The translations under genes were made by a program, and so were the position numbers. Positions 34,801 through 44,786 of a stretch of 64,000 nucleotides of DNA are shown here, piece after piece. Under the pieces are notes generated by a model. The model saw nothing but the letters and a program-made list of their open reading frames with translations, ran no database searches and was not told the origin of the DNA. Numbering within the stretch: position 1 is the first letter of the stretch; every line of letters begins with the position of its first letter. Source of the DNA: Schizochytrium sp. TIO01 (Eukaryota; Protista; Bigyra: Labyrinthulomycetes); the NCBI GenBank assembly GCA_004764695.1, contig SMSO01000014.1, positions 6,252,029 through 6,316,028 on the forward strand, written 5' to 3'.

Positions 34801-35624
34801 TTGTGGCAACTATGCGCGCACATCGAACTGATGCTATTGTGCAACACCTTGCGTGTGGAGTAGTGTGGAATCTTGCCGCAAACGAGTATAATTGCCGCAT
34901 TCTCGGAAATGATTTAAATGTCGGGTTAGATATTGCTATCGCTATGCATACACATGTTGGGAATGCAAGTGTTCAAGAGTACGCGTGTCGAGCTTTGTGG
35001 AATTTAGCCACAGATGATCGAAACAAGCGGATACTTGGGCAAGGCATCCATATTTGCAATGATATTCTCATAGCCATGCGAACACATTTGACCGATCCAA
35101 ATGTGCAGGAATATGCTTGTGGGGCCCTCTGGAATCTAGCTGCGAATCAATGCAACAGTGAGATTCTCGGACAAGAACTCAATGTAGGTATAGACATCCT
35201 CGCCGCGATGCGTGCGCATTCAACTAAAGCAGAGGTGCAGGAAACAGCCTGTGGAGCCTTGGGCTGCCTTGTCATCGGAAGCTATCTTAACAGCGAAATT
35301 CTGGGACAGAGCCTGAATGTTGGAGCAGCGATCGCTGAAGCCATGCGAAACCACCAAGACGATAGTGGCGTACAAGAGTACGCATGTGGAGCCTTGTGGA
35401 ACCTCGCTTCTCAGAATAGGCGAAACAGAGAGATTTTGAGACGAAAACTTAATGTTGGTGCAGAAATTGTCATAGCTATGCGTACCCACCGTGGTAATCC
35501 CGAAATCCAAAAGTATGGACGTAAAACCCTTGAAGCCCTTGGCAAAGACAAAATCACTCTTTTGATGAAGCTAGGGTCGAGTGGACATAGTGCCCGTACC
35601 ACAGTAGAAATCGAAAAAATATGA
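31854..35624 (+). CDS. Armadillo-repeat protein (~23 repeats of 44-45 aa) with an N-terminal helical, possibly MLKL/HeLo-like, domain
   Basis: Repeat consensus H-x3-A-x-VQ-x2-AC-x-AL-x-NLA-x4-N-x-EILGQEL-x-VG-x2-I-x2-AMR across aa ~230-1230; intact 1256-aa ORF. Confidence 0.9.
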   Translation: METSMFVANTSTRTDFKDQDAATRLLYETTRLLKNSQTCSERASKICDALYNLLEYLRDEKKASSHMAMIEMNLQKIFESLSTCFESFRAYASVVPGTKDDKTVELVLQSAEYYLKAIGTHIHVDLMTSVAANTQIKESTEQKQPEFVAASPCSDLPLDHYGNNQTHPLISSPDGIGSLIENLLDYQNQPQNVVNTLKALNHNLEKEAADCNSDCLRRKACKSGLFAAIVNLLSHEAEDNQVLAESLAALSLTLSGDIPLKERDSALKNYNLGALVVHLMRSKKSNAILQVLTCKSIQSLCFKSDHNCKLFGQELDTCFEIITTMKMHRNVAGVQRQALGALNCLAQNKIVCANMGQDVDVTCEVVEIMRFHNTNLAIQEIGCEVLLSLTADSHNCETLGQNPNVVSSILEAMNIHRLHAELQIVACAALHNLAVNDSTHAFSSQQVNVCAEILASMCTHRSNAKVQKAACRAFKNFTMEDQNKQTSEQLLSVVAEILTTMFAHQSNAEVQQAACEALWHLTRSDFIKEVLGQELNVGNAVIATMRVHKTVAEVQVAACGVLLNLATNSRNREILGQELMVGNEIVAAMRTHKANAAVQLHACGVLWNLAVDDRNKEILGKELYVTGKKIATAMRVHRANADIQEYACKALWKLAENSRNKEILGQCLEITPEIVAAMRKHRGIAAVQQAACQALDNLATDNRNQEILGQNSKLTGEIVAAMQTHARNANVQKYACRVLRNLAVNHQNKEVLGQQLYVIGKKIILAMRAHQENAGVQEHACKALCIFAVSPLNCEILGQELNAGVELLAAMSLHKRHVSVQEYACKALGALALNERYCGVLGEELDADREILSVMNLHLHTANVQQAACKALAKLARNSRNCWKLGQNLHVRGVILASMRAHQSDPSVQQSACKALESLAVSDRNCAFLEQELHVGDIVSAMRLHRENAKVQQAACGALWNLASRGNFDNEVLMKEFDIGVEVVATMRAHRTDAIVQHLACGVVWNLAANEYNCRILGNDLNVGLDIAIAMHTHVGNASVQEYACRALWNLATDDRNKRILGQGIHICNDILIAMRTHLTDPNVQEYACGALWNLAANQCNSEILGQELNVGIDILAAMRAHSTKAEVQETACGALGCLVIGSYLNSEILGQSLNVGAAIAEAMRNHQDDSGVQEYACGALWNLASQNRRNREILRRKLNVGAEIVIAMRTHRGNPEIQKYGRKTLEALGKDKITLLMKLGSSGHSARTTVEIEKI

Positions 35625-36400
35625 TCCAAAATCTCAAACGAAACCAAAACTTAAAGAATTATGCATATCAGTTTTCAATTAATATGTTGATTGTCATCGT
35701 CCTTGTTTCTTTCGGTGTGCTTAAAACTATTTAATTTATTTTTTTTATTCGATTTCTCAATTCTTATCCTTTATAAGAGCCAATAAAAATTACATTCCTC
35801 TGCTGTAAAGTGAGCCTTCTCGTGGCAGCGAGTGAACTTTGTTACAGAAGAATGCTTAGGACTCTTCAGAGTGAGTTAAATTGAGAAAATGACAGGAAGG
35901 ACTCCAGGTAAAGCTGTGCACTACGTCCAATGTGATGCCTGCTATTCAGTGACTGACAGACAAGAATGAATGAGGTTATAAATTTCTTTGAAAAATTACA
36001 TGTGAAATTCATGTCAAGGGCGTGCTTGCCGGCGTTTTTTCATAACGATATATTTATCTTTAAAAGGAGTCTCCTGGGCGTCGACCGTGACGCCTTTGCA
36101 GACGTAAGATCAAACAAACCCAAGAAGAAAGCCACGGAATTCAGGGTCTCCGCAAGGTTATTCCAGCTTGGCGGCCCGTTGCGGCCTTGAGTCAGCGTCT
36201 CGCGGTGACGCTGTTTTCTCTGTGCTTGCGCTTTTGCCCTCAAGGCTCAAAGGCCTTGCATGCCGCATTGGGGCGAAAAGAGGAGATTGCATCCGTCGCC
36301 GCTGTCTTTAAGCGGTGATACTATTGCAAAAACGGCGACTTTTCGACAGGGAAGCACTGCTCGACAAAGGTCGCGCAAGGGCCCGTCTAAGGTTTTGGAA

Positions 36401-37858
36401 ATGGCTATACATGCTCCTCTGTTGGACTCAATGCACGCTGTTTCTGAACCGGCCTGGTTCTTGATTTGTCTTGCCGTGATAGGTTTTGCCGGAGGCTACA
36501 TTTATGGTGCTAATGTCGCTGCGGGTGCCTATCTAGATGATGTAGCCGAGAGATTCAAGCTTTCGGATGAAGGAGTGGAGCTTGTTAGCAGCGCTGCCAC
36601 CATTACTGATGCCATAGCGATGCTGGTGCTGGGTAGCGTAGTTCTTGACCGGTTCGGACGCCGTAATCTTGTGGCCCTTGGTGGACTCTGTAACATTCTT
36701 GGTGCTCTTCTTGGGGCCTGTGCCACTGAATACGAAACTCTGCTTGCAGCTCGCTGCGTTCTGGGCCTAGGAAACGGTGTAAGCATTCTCACAGTCCCTA
36801 TGCTCGTTGCAGAGTCCTCACCCATGAAGCAGCGTGGCTTCCTCGTATCGTTCTTCCAGGTGGGTGTGGTGATTGGATTCACAGCGCCTTATTTAATCCA
36901 GCTTAGCTTCAAGAATTGGAAAGTAACATTAGGAAGTGGAGGTATCCCTGGTGTTGTACTCTTGGTGGTGCTGGCTGCTGTGTGGCAACGTGCAGAGAGC
37001 AAGTCTTGGCTTGCATCGCGTGAACAAGGAGACTACGATGCTGTCCCTGTGCGCGAATCAAGCGAGCATCATTCTACCACGCTAGATAGATATGGGTATA
37101 ACGACAATGATACTGAGGACAGTGAGGCTGTCATTTGGGATGGAGACCGTCAAATACATAACCGAAACTCATCATCAGTAGAGGTTGAATCTGGACAACG
37201 GGCGTTTGCTTCAGATGATAGCGAGAACAACTTTGAGGATGACGAAGCCACCAAATATGAAGGACGATTTGGATTCTACCAGCGTTGTCTCATCGCCATC
37301 CTTTTGGCCTTTACGAATAATTCCTCGGATGCAATAATCTTCTATGGACCTCAGATTATCCAAGATGCTGGCATTGGCAGCGAGAACTCTCTTTGGACTG
37401 CGTTAGCGATATCTGCAGTCAACATCCCTGCCGTGATCCTGGTTCTTGTTGTTATTAAATCACTACCACGACGTACTATGCTTCTGTGGGGTTTAGCTGT
37501 TGTTGTTCTAGCTTACATTGTTGTTGGCGTTACTTTTACTTCCTCTCTGTCCAACATGCATGTGATTGTTGTCGCAGGTTTATTGGCAATTATGATAGCA
37601 TATCAAGCAGGTCCAGGTACAATGTTCTTAGTGGTTTTGCCTGAATTGTTCGCCCAGTCAGATCGAGCCACAGGAATGTCAGTTGGCACAGTGTCCATGT
37701 CAGTTTTTTCGATTATTTGCAATGGCACCATGTTAAGTACAATACATGCTTTCGGGCCTGGGCCGACCTTTTTATTTTATGCTGTGCTCTATATAATCAG
37801 TCTTGCAATCCTCGTGCGCCACCTGCCCGAGTCCAAGCATGTGCACATTATTCATTAA
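36401..37858 (+). CDS. Major facilitator superfamily sugar porter (alternative upstream ATG at 36260)
   Basis: LDRFGRR, RCVLGLGNG, PMLVAESSPMKQRGFLVSFFQ, IIFYGPQI, PELFAQSDRATG and LPESK; about 12 hydrophobic segments with a central acidic loop. Confidence 0.92.
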   Translation: MAIHAPLLDSMHAVSEPAWFLICLAVIGFAGGYIYGANVAAGAYLDDVAERFKLSDEGVELVSSAATITDAIAMLVLGSVVLDRFGRRNLVALGGLCNILGALLGACATEYETLLAARCVLGLGNGVSILTVPMLVAESSPMKQRGFLVSFFQVGVVIGFTAPYLIQLSFKNWKVTLGSGGIPGVVLLVVLAAVWQRAESKSWLASREQGDYDAVPVRESSEHHSTTLDRYGYNDNDTEDSEAVIWDGDRQIHNRNSSSVEVESGQRAFASDDSENNFEDDEATKYEGRFGFYQRCLIAILLAFTNNSSDAIIFYGPQIIQDAGIGSENSLWTALAISAVNIPAVILVLVVIKSLPRRTMLLWGLAVVVLAYIVVGVTFTSSLSNMHVIVVAGLLAIMIAYQAGPGTMFLVVLPELFAQSDRATGMSVGTVSMSVFSIICNGTMLSTIHAFGPGPTFLFYAVLYIISLAILVRHLPESKHVHIIH

Positions 37859-38215
37859 CATAAATATATATAATAGATCTAACATATATAAAGAGTAGAA
37901 AAGAAAAATGGCGTGCTCATGCAAGGCACCAAATTCTGTTCAGCGCAAAACGTTCCTCCAAACTAGTATATATAATTAAAATAACAACATCCATAACTGC
38001 TTTTCATGTTTTTGTTTTGTTCCACCTTTTTTCTTTTCTTTTTTAAGTTGTCGATGTTGACCACCCCTAGGTGGGTCAACTTTGTGATATTGCTGCGATT
38101 AACCTAATTGACAGCCGGCATTTTGTTTGGAATACAGTAGGATGCCTCGATCTGCAAGATAGCGCTACTAGGAGCTGAGCCAGTAGACAGCAAACTCTGA
38201 ATGTAGTGTAGCGAA

Positions 38216-39262
38216 ATGCCTCACATTGTTATTGTACAGAGCGAACATCAGGCAGCGACCCTTCCAGATCAGTTGTTTCCGAGTCTACTAGGCAGTTCCA
38301 ATGATTCTGTGGTGAGCAATTCGACGTCAACGATACTAGATTATTCTAAAGGACAGAATATTGCAGCTGAAGTTTATATAAACACACGGCATATCGACAA
38401 TGAAGAAGTTGCTTTGGAACTTTCAGCAACAAATGGTCATTGCGAGAAAGTATGGGTATCGGATTGTGAGCAAGTTTGGATTGTTTGTGCACAACCTGCT
38501 AATACTTTGAATAACAGCAGCAGCAGCAGCGAGAATGGGGTATGCCAGAATGAAGGAAAGCTCCTGATCACTTACTCTAAAACAAACACTTTGTACTGCT
38601 CTCATTATTTGTTTAATCATCATGGACACCATGAACCAACGACAACATCAGCAGTTTCTGCAGGGCAATTGGCCACACCCATCTTGATATGCAAAAAAGA
38701 GCCTCTATCTGCAGAAAAATGGAATAAGCTTTTAAATAAAGAGCTCAAAGATCAATGTGCATTCGTGACTAATTATTTTGGTATGGACCAAGACGTTAGG
38801 CTTCAAGAAAGGCCATGCCAACTAAAACTACAAAAGTTTGCATCCTCTAACGATGTTGAACTTCTTCATCGGACAATTCGTTGTAGCGAAGAATTGCATC
38901 GCCGAACAATGCAAACTCAGCGTGAAGTATTTGCAGGTGAACTGCGTCGTGAAAAAGAGATGCTAGAGAGTGCGATGCGTACTGAACGTGAAGTTCTTCT
39001 TCGTCAGATTAAGAGCGAACGGCTTTTATTGCAAAGTGAGCGTGACGCAATGATATGTACAACACGAGCCCAAGCTACAGCTTCTCGCGAAGCCCTATAC
39101 GCTGAAAAGACAGCTTTACAAGAGCTCCTGCGAGCCCAAACTTCATTTCTTTCATCCAAATTGCAAGAGCTGGATCAAAAGGAAGTTATGGTTTCCCTTG
39201 CATTAAAGACAAATTTTTCTTCGCCACCTTCAACGCCTGCTCCATCTTCGTGCTCTGCATAA
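38216..39262 (+). CDS. Hypothetical protein with C-terminal coiled coil
   Basis: 348-aa ATG-initiated ORF bounded by AT-rich DNA; E/R/L-rich helical C-terminal half. Confidence 0.65.
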   Translation: MPHIVIVQSEHQAATLPDQLFPSLLGSSNDSVVSNSTSTILDYSKGQNIAAEVYINTRHIDNEEVALELSATNGHCEKVWVSDCEQVWIVCAQPANTLNNSSSSSENGVCQNEGKLLITYSKTNTLYCSHYLFNHHGHHEPTTTSAVSAGQLATPILICKKEPLSAEKWNKLLNKELKDQCAFVTNYFGMDQDVRLQERPCQLKLQKFASSNDVELLHRTIRCSEELHRRTMQTQREVFAGELRREKEMLESAMRTEREVLLRQIKSERLLLQSERDAMICTTRAQATASREALYAEKTALQELLRAQTSFLSSKLQELDQKEVMVSLALKTNFSSPPSTPAPSSCSA

Positions 39263-41822
39263 ATGATTGATTTCAGTGGGATAGATGGCTAATCCATCAA
39301 TCTTATTGTTATTTGCTTCTGTTGACTACAAGGACACATTTTATTCTTTCGACAATATGGGCCACAGAAAAAGTTGAAAACTGCAGTGACTAAAATATGT
39401 AGAGAGGCAAAGCATCCACATGCTACAATGTAAGCAAAGCAGAATGGTTCTTTCTAGAAATACCGTCTTCTTCAGCCAAAGAAACCTTGACAGCCTCTGT
39501 GTAACCCTCGCCTCAATGGCGTCTGGAGGGTCGACGTCAACAACCTTTTCAGCCTATGTAACATCTAGTCCCAACTCCCTGACTCACATACACCCATACT
39601 TCCAAAGTAGTCGCCTGAAATGTCAGTGCAAACAGCAAAAGGTTCTTGTTCCATATTTTTGAAATAATGCCGAGCACCTGACCATTGCTATACTGATACT
39701 GATGTTGATCAAATTAAACAAACGTACGGAATGGTTACCTCTGGCTTCAAGTCACGTGTTCCTTAGACTGTTGAATTTGAAGAATTTCTTTCTAGTGAAT
39801 ACGAAGGAATTTGACTGTGACCAGACAGTCAAATTTTATGCGGAATTTTGGAGGCATAAGCTTAACAAAACCTCGAGAGTGTATTTAAAATTCGGTATCG
39901 TGATGCGGGACACAACGGTGACACTAAGACTCTTGAAGAAGCGCTTCGTGACCTGTATTCGTTGCTCAATGCATTTTGTCCTTTTGATAGAATATAGTGT
40001 AGTTTAACATTACAACGAACAGCATTTATAAAATGGATTTAGCTATTACTGGGGATTTGGGGTTTTAAGCTCTACATTTACATGCTTGTGAATGAAAAAA
40101 AAATCCACGAAGGTTCATGTCGTGTACCGGAGAGTACCACTCAGCGTTAAGGCCTGTAAGCTGAGATTCTCGTTCGCATGAGTCTTTCTTGAGGTGAAGG
40201 TACCGTGTTTGTTTTCTAAGTACGTCATCGTTTTGTTTTGCTCAAATTCAATGATGTACTCCAACATTGGATTTTCCCTTTCTATGCAATGGCGGATTAC
40301 ATAGTGGTAAGTTAGCCATTTTGCTCTCCGATAGCAACTCAGAAGAGGATCAAGCAAAAAATATTAGATAGTATGTCCTTCCTCTCTGCTCCGATTCAGC
40401 TTTATCAATTTCTATACATTACACAGCAACATTTATAATTATCTTCACAAAGGATAAACCCCTGATTCTTCGAGATTCGTGCCTGATTTCCGCTACCACG
40501 CCTTCCCCATTGCGAATACTGTCGCTGGTACCGCGGGAGAAACGCCCGATCTGGACTCTTTTTGTATCAATATTGGTTAACAAAACGAGCCAGAGTTCCA
40601 GAAACGTGAATGGACCCATCTCTTGCCGCTCACATTTATCCAGTGCCGCTGGGCCTGCATTTAACTTGTTCTCTCTTTCTAGCTCTATATATTTGATTCC
40701 ATTCTCGCAGCTTCAAGCTGTGCCACCTTGGTCGGCGCCTTTCACGCATGCAAGCTTTCCACAACCCTTCAGCACGAGTCCAGAGCACAGTTGGCATTTG
40801 CAATTCGCTGAATATGAAAACTTTCATTCTCCACTACCCGTGACCGCATTCGATCTTCTTCTTTTACATTAGCAATCGTTGGCGGATCTTGCCAAGCACT
40901 CTCTTCGCACACAGCATTCTTGGAGACCGCAAATGTCACTCCCAAGTTGTTTGCAACCATTTCCACACATTCCTGTGAGGACCTATGAGCTCCTTTACAT
41001 CGAAAGCGATTCTAGAGCTTGTTAGTCGTTTTGTCCCAGTTGTTTGCCACGCCAAGCGAGTACTTTTCAATCGGCAACGCAAAGAACTACTGAACGAATG
41101 ATGTCGATGGCTCGAGGCCTCGCGTATGCCAAAGCCTACTGTGTTCTCAAAAATTGGTCAAAAGAAGAGGCAGGACGAAAGAAGTTCTCGTTGCAGGCCT
41201 CTTCAAAGAACGGGGAAAAACGAGAGAAGAAGGAAAAATTAAGCGCAAACAAAATGAAAACAGACGAAAGAGAATCACGAAGGAATGAAAGAAATGAAAG
41301 AAATGAAAGAAATGAATAATTAAAAGTTTTAGATTTCATAGCCCTCCCCACGCACATATCTACTGATAACTCTACCATAGCACTCCCTCCTTTTGCCTTG
41401 CATTGGCGTGTACTACTTGAGATGATTTTTGACAAAAGGCTAAGCGGCAAATCGCGATCCCGCGAGTTGTGCGGGCCCTGGCGAGCGAGGCGCTGGAGAA
41501 CGTCGCACACGTGAAGGATCTGTCGGGAAAGCATCCTTCTGTGTCGGCTTGGTTGGATGGGCGCTGGGGACTCTAAGGCTGACTTGACTTGGAGGAGTTG
41601 GATTGAGCGCATCGTCGCCGTAGACGTCGTCTTTGGTGTGGAAGCAGGAGACGCAGAAGACACGGAGAACATCAGAGATCATTGCAGGAACACATTCTTT
41701 GCATACTCAAACTGATAGAACCCAATTTTCCTTAGGAAAGTGGATTTATTTCTTGTCGTAAGGTACAAGTTTATTGTGGTCTTGCGATTTACTGAGACTC
41801 CCAAACCTCCGCATTGTGAAAC

Positions 41823-44513
41823 ATGTCGACGGGCTCAAACGATGGCTTGAGGGCCTTGCCAAACAAGAGGTCTAGGTCCGATGGCAGCGTCGAAAGACGT
41901 GGGTTCGATGGCGCTAGTATGGACAGTAGCTTTGGGAATTTTTTCTCAAGCAAAAGCTTCGATGAAGCCAACTTCAACGATGGCAACAGCTTTGCAGGAA
42001 ATAGCTTTGCGGGGAGAAGTTTTGCTGGAAATAGCTTTGCTGGCAACAGCTTTGCTGGGAATAGCTATACTAAGAGGAGCAGTGCTGCCAGTGGGGATAA
42101 CGATCAAGATCGTCAATTCGAGGTAGATGAGAAGGAGGTTAAGCGTCTTAAAACGTCAGGAAGTTCGTTTTCGACGGAAAAGCAAGAACTGGTAGATATG
42201 TTTGAGGAGAATAAACGAGCGATGGAGTCCGTGAAATATCGAATGCATGAGTTGGAGCAAAAGGTCAAGGAAGTCAAGCAGCATATTATTGGTATGAATA
42301 TTCAACTGGGCCAGCTCAAAGGAACATTAGAGACTACAGATGCTGAAGACATCAAAGTAGGGCTGAAGAAGGAGATTGAGGATCTTGAGTCATCTTTGAA
42401 AGAAATGCACGTCGTCAAAGAACAGCTCCGAGAAGAGGAAGCACATCTATTTCAAGCTGATATGCAACTTCTTGACGAAGAATCAAATCTCCGGTCATTA
42501 ATGCGCCGTTTGTCAAGCGGAGGTGTAGAAAAAACAATTTGGGAATGGCACAATGCCACTTTCGGCTACGTTAAATCTGGCAGCAGCCCCATTGCAGGTG
42601 GTAATCAAGAATCATCGTCATCGTCATCTTCATCTTCATCTTCATCGTCATCATCAGACCTTGTCAACAACCCAGTGCCAAGGTTCTACCAACCCAAATG
42701 CGTGCTGGAATGGACAGACTTTAGTGATGATCTGCCATATCCATCTTTATATAACGGAGGTCTCGTTGGTACCCAGTACGGTGCTTTAATGCTACCAGAG
42801 ATGCAAGAGCTGGATAGACCTGCTACTGACGAAGATGTTCGCACTTGGTGTTATGATACTTTTACTCAGGTTGTTCAACGCGGTGTGAAACTTGTGTCTG
42901 TGAAAAAGTGGTCCTCTCCGGGTAAACCTGGAGTAGCGATGGTAAACGTTGCGCTTGCACATACTCATCAATCGCATCATACAATTTCAACAAACCGCAT
43001 GTCAGATGTTACCTCCATCGTGACCTTAGCCAAATCAGACGCTGACGATGAGTTTGAGGAGCTTGATGAGCGCTTGTTGATTCCTGTGGCCTGCAACAGT
43101 GCTCAGTCATCGGGTCAACGTAACGAGTGGTTCGACTATAACCCAGAATCGAACCCGGGCAAGCCGGACCCAAAGTTCCCTGACGGAGGTGTAATTCATT
43201 GTCCTTTGACTCGGCTCTGCATGAACATGATTTTGTCTGGTTGTAATTACGGAGTGCTCACTACTGGCGAGCGCACATTTCTAGCCAAGTTTGCCGAGGG
43301 CGAAAAACAAACAGTCTATATCACACGGGCCTTTGATCCGACCAAACCATCACACGAGCATGCCAACGGAATGTCATTAGCCCAGGCGCTATTACATTTG
43401 CACGGAATGGCCATCTTCGAAAAAATTGACCATGTGCACCAACATGGCATGTTCCGGCCAAACTTTGCTTGGCTCGATGAAGATAACGCGAGCGTTCGCG
43501 CCATGGCTGACTTTCATGTTCAAGCTCAAAGTGACGAAGAAGTCTTGGCAATTTCCAAAGCTCGCACCACGGAGAAAGGTGCCCTTACTGAGGAGCAAGC
43601 AGAAAAAGAACATTTTGGTAAGACAGAACCTAAAGTTTCGACTGATGCAAAAGACAAAGATGATGCCATGGCAGATTCAGAAAGCCCTGAAAAGAACATA
43701 GACACGACTAAGAAACCCGAAGCCGAAGGTGATGATGCGAGTGCCGCTCCTTGTGGGGCGGCAGATAAATCTGAATCAGAACACACGACTGACGATACGC
43801 CTCTCCCTAAGGTTCAAGAGGAGAGTGTAACAGCAAGTTCCCATAATAAAATCAACAAAGGCGACGATGAGGATATGGGCACGGTACTCGAGCATACGCC
43901 TATCCCTCTGTCTGAACTAGATCAGCGCTTTCCACGCTATTGGACGCATGGTACTGCTATTCTTTCGGTAGAAGGCTGTGGAATTTCCGAGGAAATGGTT
44001 GCTGGCTATCGATGTTATGTAAAAACTGTTACGGAAAATGCTATCACCGAAGCTGCAAAGTTACGTCAAGAGGGGCGTATGTATGCTCTTGCACACGGCT
44101 TACAAGGCAGCGTTTTGCCCCGGCTTGTTTTTGCAGGGTCGTGTGAATCGCTTAGCCTGCGTGTCGTTGTGATTACTCAGGAAGGGTTTGATTTGTCAAG
44201 TGATCGAGGCCGTGAAATCATCAGATCTAATGAGCCTGCTGGCCCTGTTCTCGTTGCAAAACAATGTCGTGCAGGCTTAGTTGCTCTGCATGAGCACGGG
44301 ATCCTGCACGGCAGCGTCTCCCCCAAGAACATCTTGGTTGACGAGAATATGAAAGTAAAATTCATCGATCTGGGCCAGGCCGAGCGACTTGACGTAAAGT
44401 TTGATAATGATGAGGATCGCAAAAAGGCTTGCGATCGTGAGATCGCGCTTCTTAATACGGTCCTTATTACTAAATACCCTCAGCTCATCCCGCTAATCAT
44501 GTCATCTGCATGA
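41823..44513 (+). CDS. Crinkler-type protein: GNSFA repeats + coiled coil + degenerate restriction-endonuclease-like domain + C-terminal pseudokinase
   Basis: 896-aa ORF. RLCMNMILSGCNYGVLTTGERTFL resembles the Q..GYM....YG.LTTY..TWF motif. Kinase-like segments are LQGSVLPRLVFAG and LHEHGILHGSVSPKNILVD..VKFIDLG. Confidence 0.75.
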   Translation: MSTGSNDGLRALPNKRSRSDGSVERRGFDGASMDSSFGNFFSSKSFDEANFNDGNSFAGNSFAGRSFAGNSFAGNSFAGNSYTKRSSAASGDNDQDRQFEVDEKEVKRLKTSGSSFSTEKQELVDMFEENKRAMESVKYRMHELEQKVKEVKQHIIGMNIQLGQLKGTLETTDAEDIKVGLKKEIEDLESSLKEMHVVKEQLREEEAHLFQADMQLLDEESNLRSLMRRLSSGGVEKTIWEWHNATFGYVKSGSSPIAGGNQESSSSSSSSSSSSSSSDLVNNPVPRFYQPKCVLEWTDFSDDLPYPSLYNGGLVGTQYGALMLPEMQELDRPATDEDVRTWCYDTFTQVVQRGVKLVSVKKWSSPGKPGVAMVNVALAHTHQSHHTISTNRMSDVTSIVTLAKSDADDEFEELDERLLIPVACNSAQSSGQRNEWFDYNPESNPGKPDPKFPDGGVIHCPLTRLCMNMILSGCNYGVLTTGERTFLAKFAEGEKQTVYITRAFDPTKPSHEHANGMSLAQALLHLHGMAIFEKIDHVHQHGMFRPNFAWLDEDNASVRAMADFHVQAQSDEEVLAISKARTTEKGALTEEQAEKEHFGKTEPKVSTDAKDKDDAMADSESPEKNIDTTKKPEAEGDDASAAPCGAADKSESEHTTDDTPLPKVQEESVTASSHNKINKGDDEDMGTVLEHTPIPLSELDQRFPRYWTHGTAILSVEGCGISEEMVAGYRCYVKTVTENAITEAAKLRQEGRMYALAHGLQGSVLPRLVFAGSCESLSLRVVVITQEGFDLSSDRGREIIRSNEPAGPVLVAKQCRAGLVALHEHGILHGSVSPKNILVDENMKVKFIDLGQAERLDVKFDNDEDRKKACDREIALLNTVLITKYPQLIPLIMSSA
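41982..42068 (+). repeat. Coding 15-bp tandem repeat encoding GNSFA-GNSFA-GRSFA-GNSFA-GNSFA-GNSY
   Basis: Units differ mainly at synonymous positions. Confidence 0.9.
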
Positions 44514-44786
44514 AGGAAGTGGGAACTTACTTCCATTACCCATGGCATGACCAGCGTAGCAAGCTGGCACCTCAACTTTAGAGAAGTGCCACCTGCCCCT
44601 GCGCACTGACAGTAGTACCATACCCACTTTTTAACTTTACAAATTATAATGCTTTTTCAATCATTTCTGAAAACACGTTACAATCACAACATATAATGAA
44701 CATGACTTTGTCAAACGGACTCGGAAAGGTAAAGAAAAATAAAATCCAAGATATTATTACCATCAGAAATAAAATCAACATAATAT

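Noticed and set aside
38056-38080. Imperfect palindrome gttgaccacccctaggtgggtcaac
   Set aside because: Single short instance with no partner end, so it does not support a MITE or terminator call.
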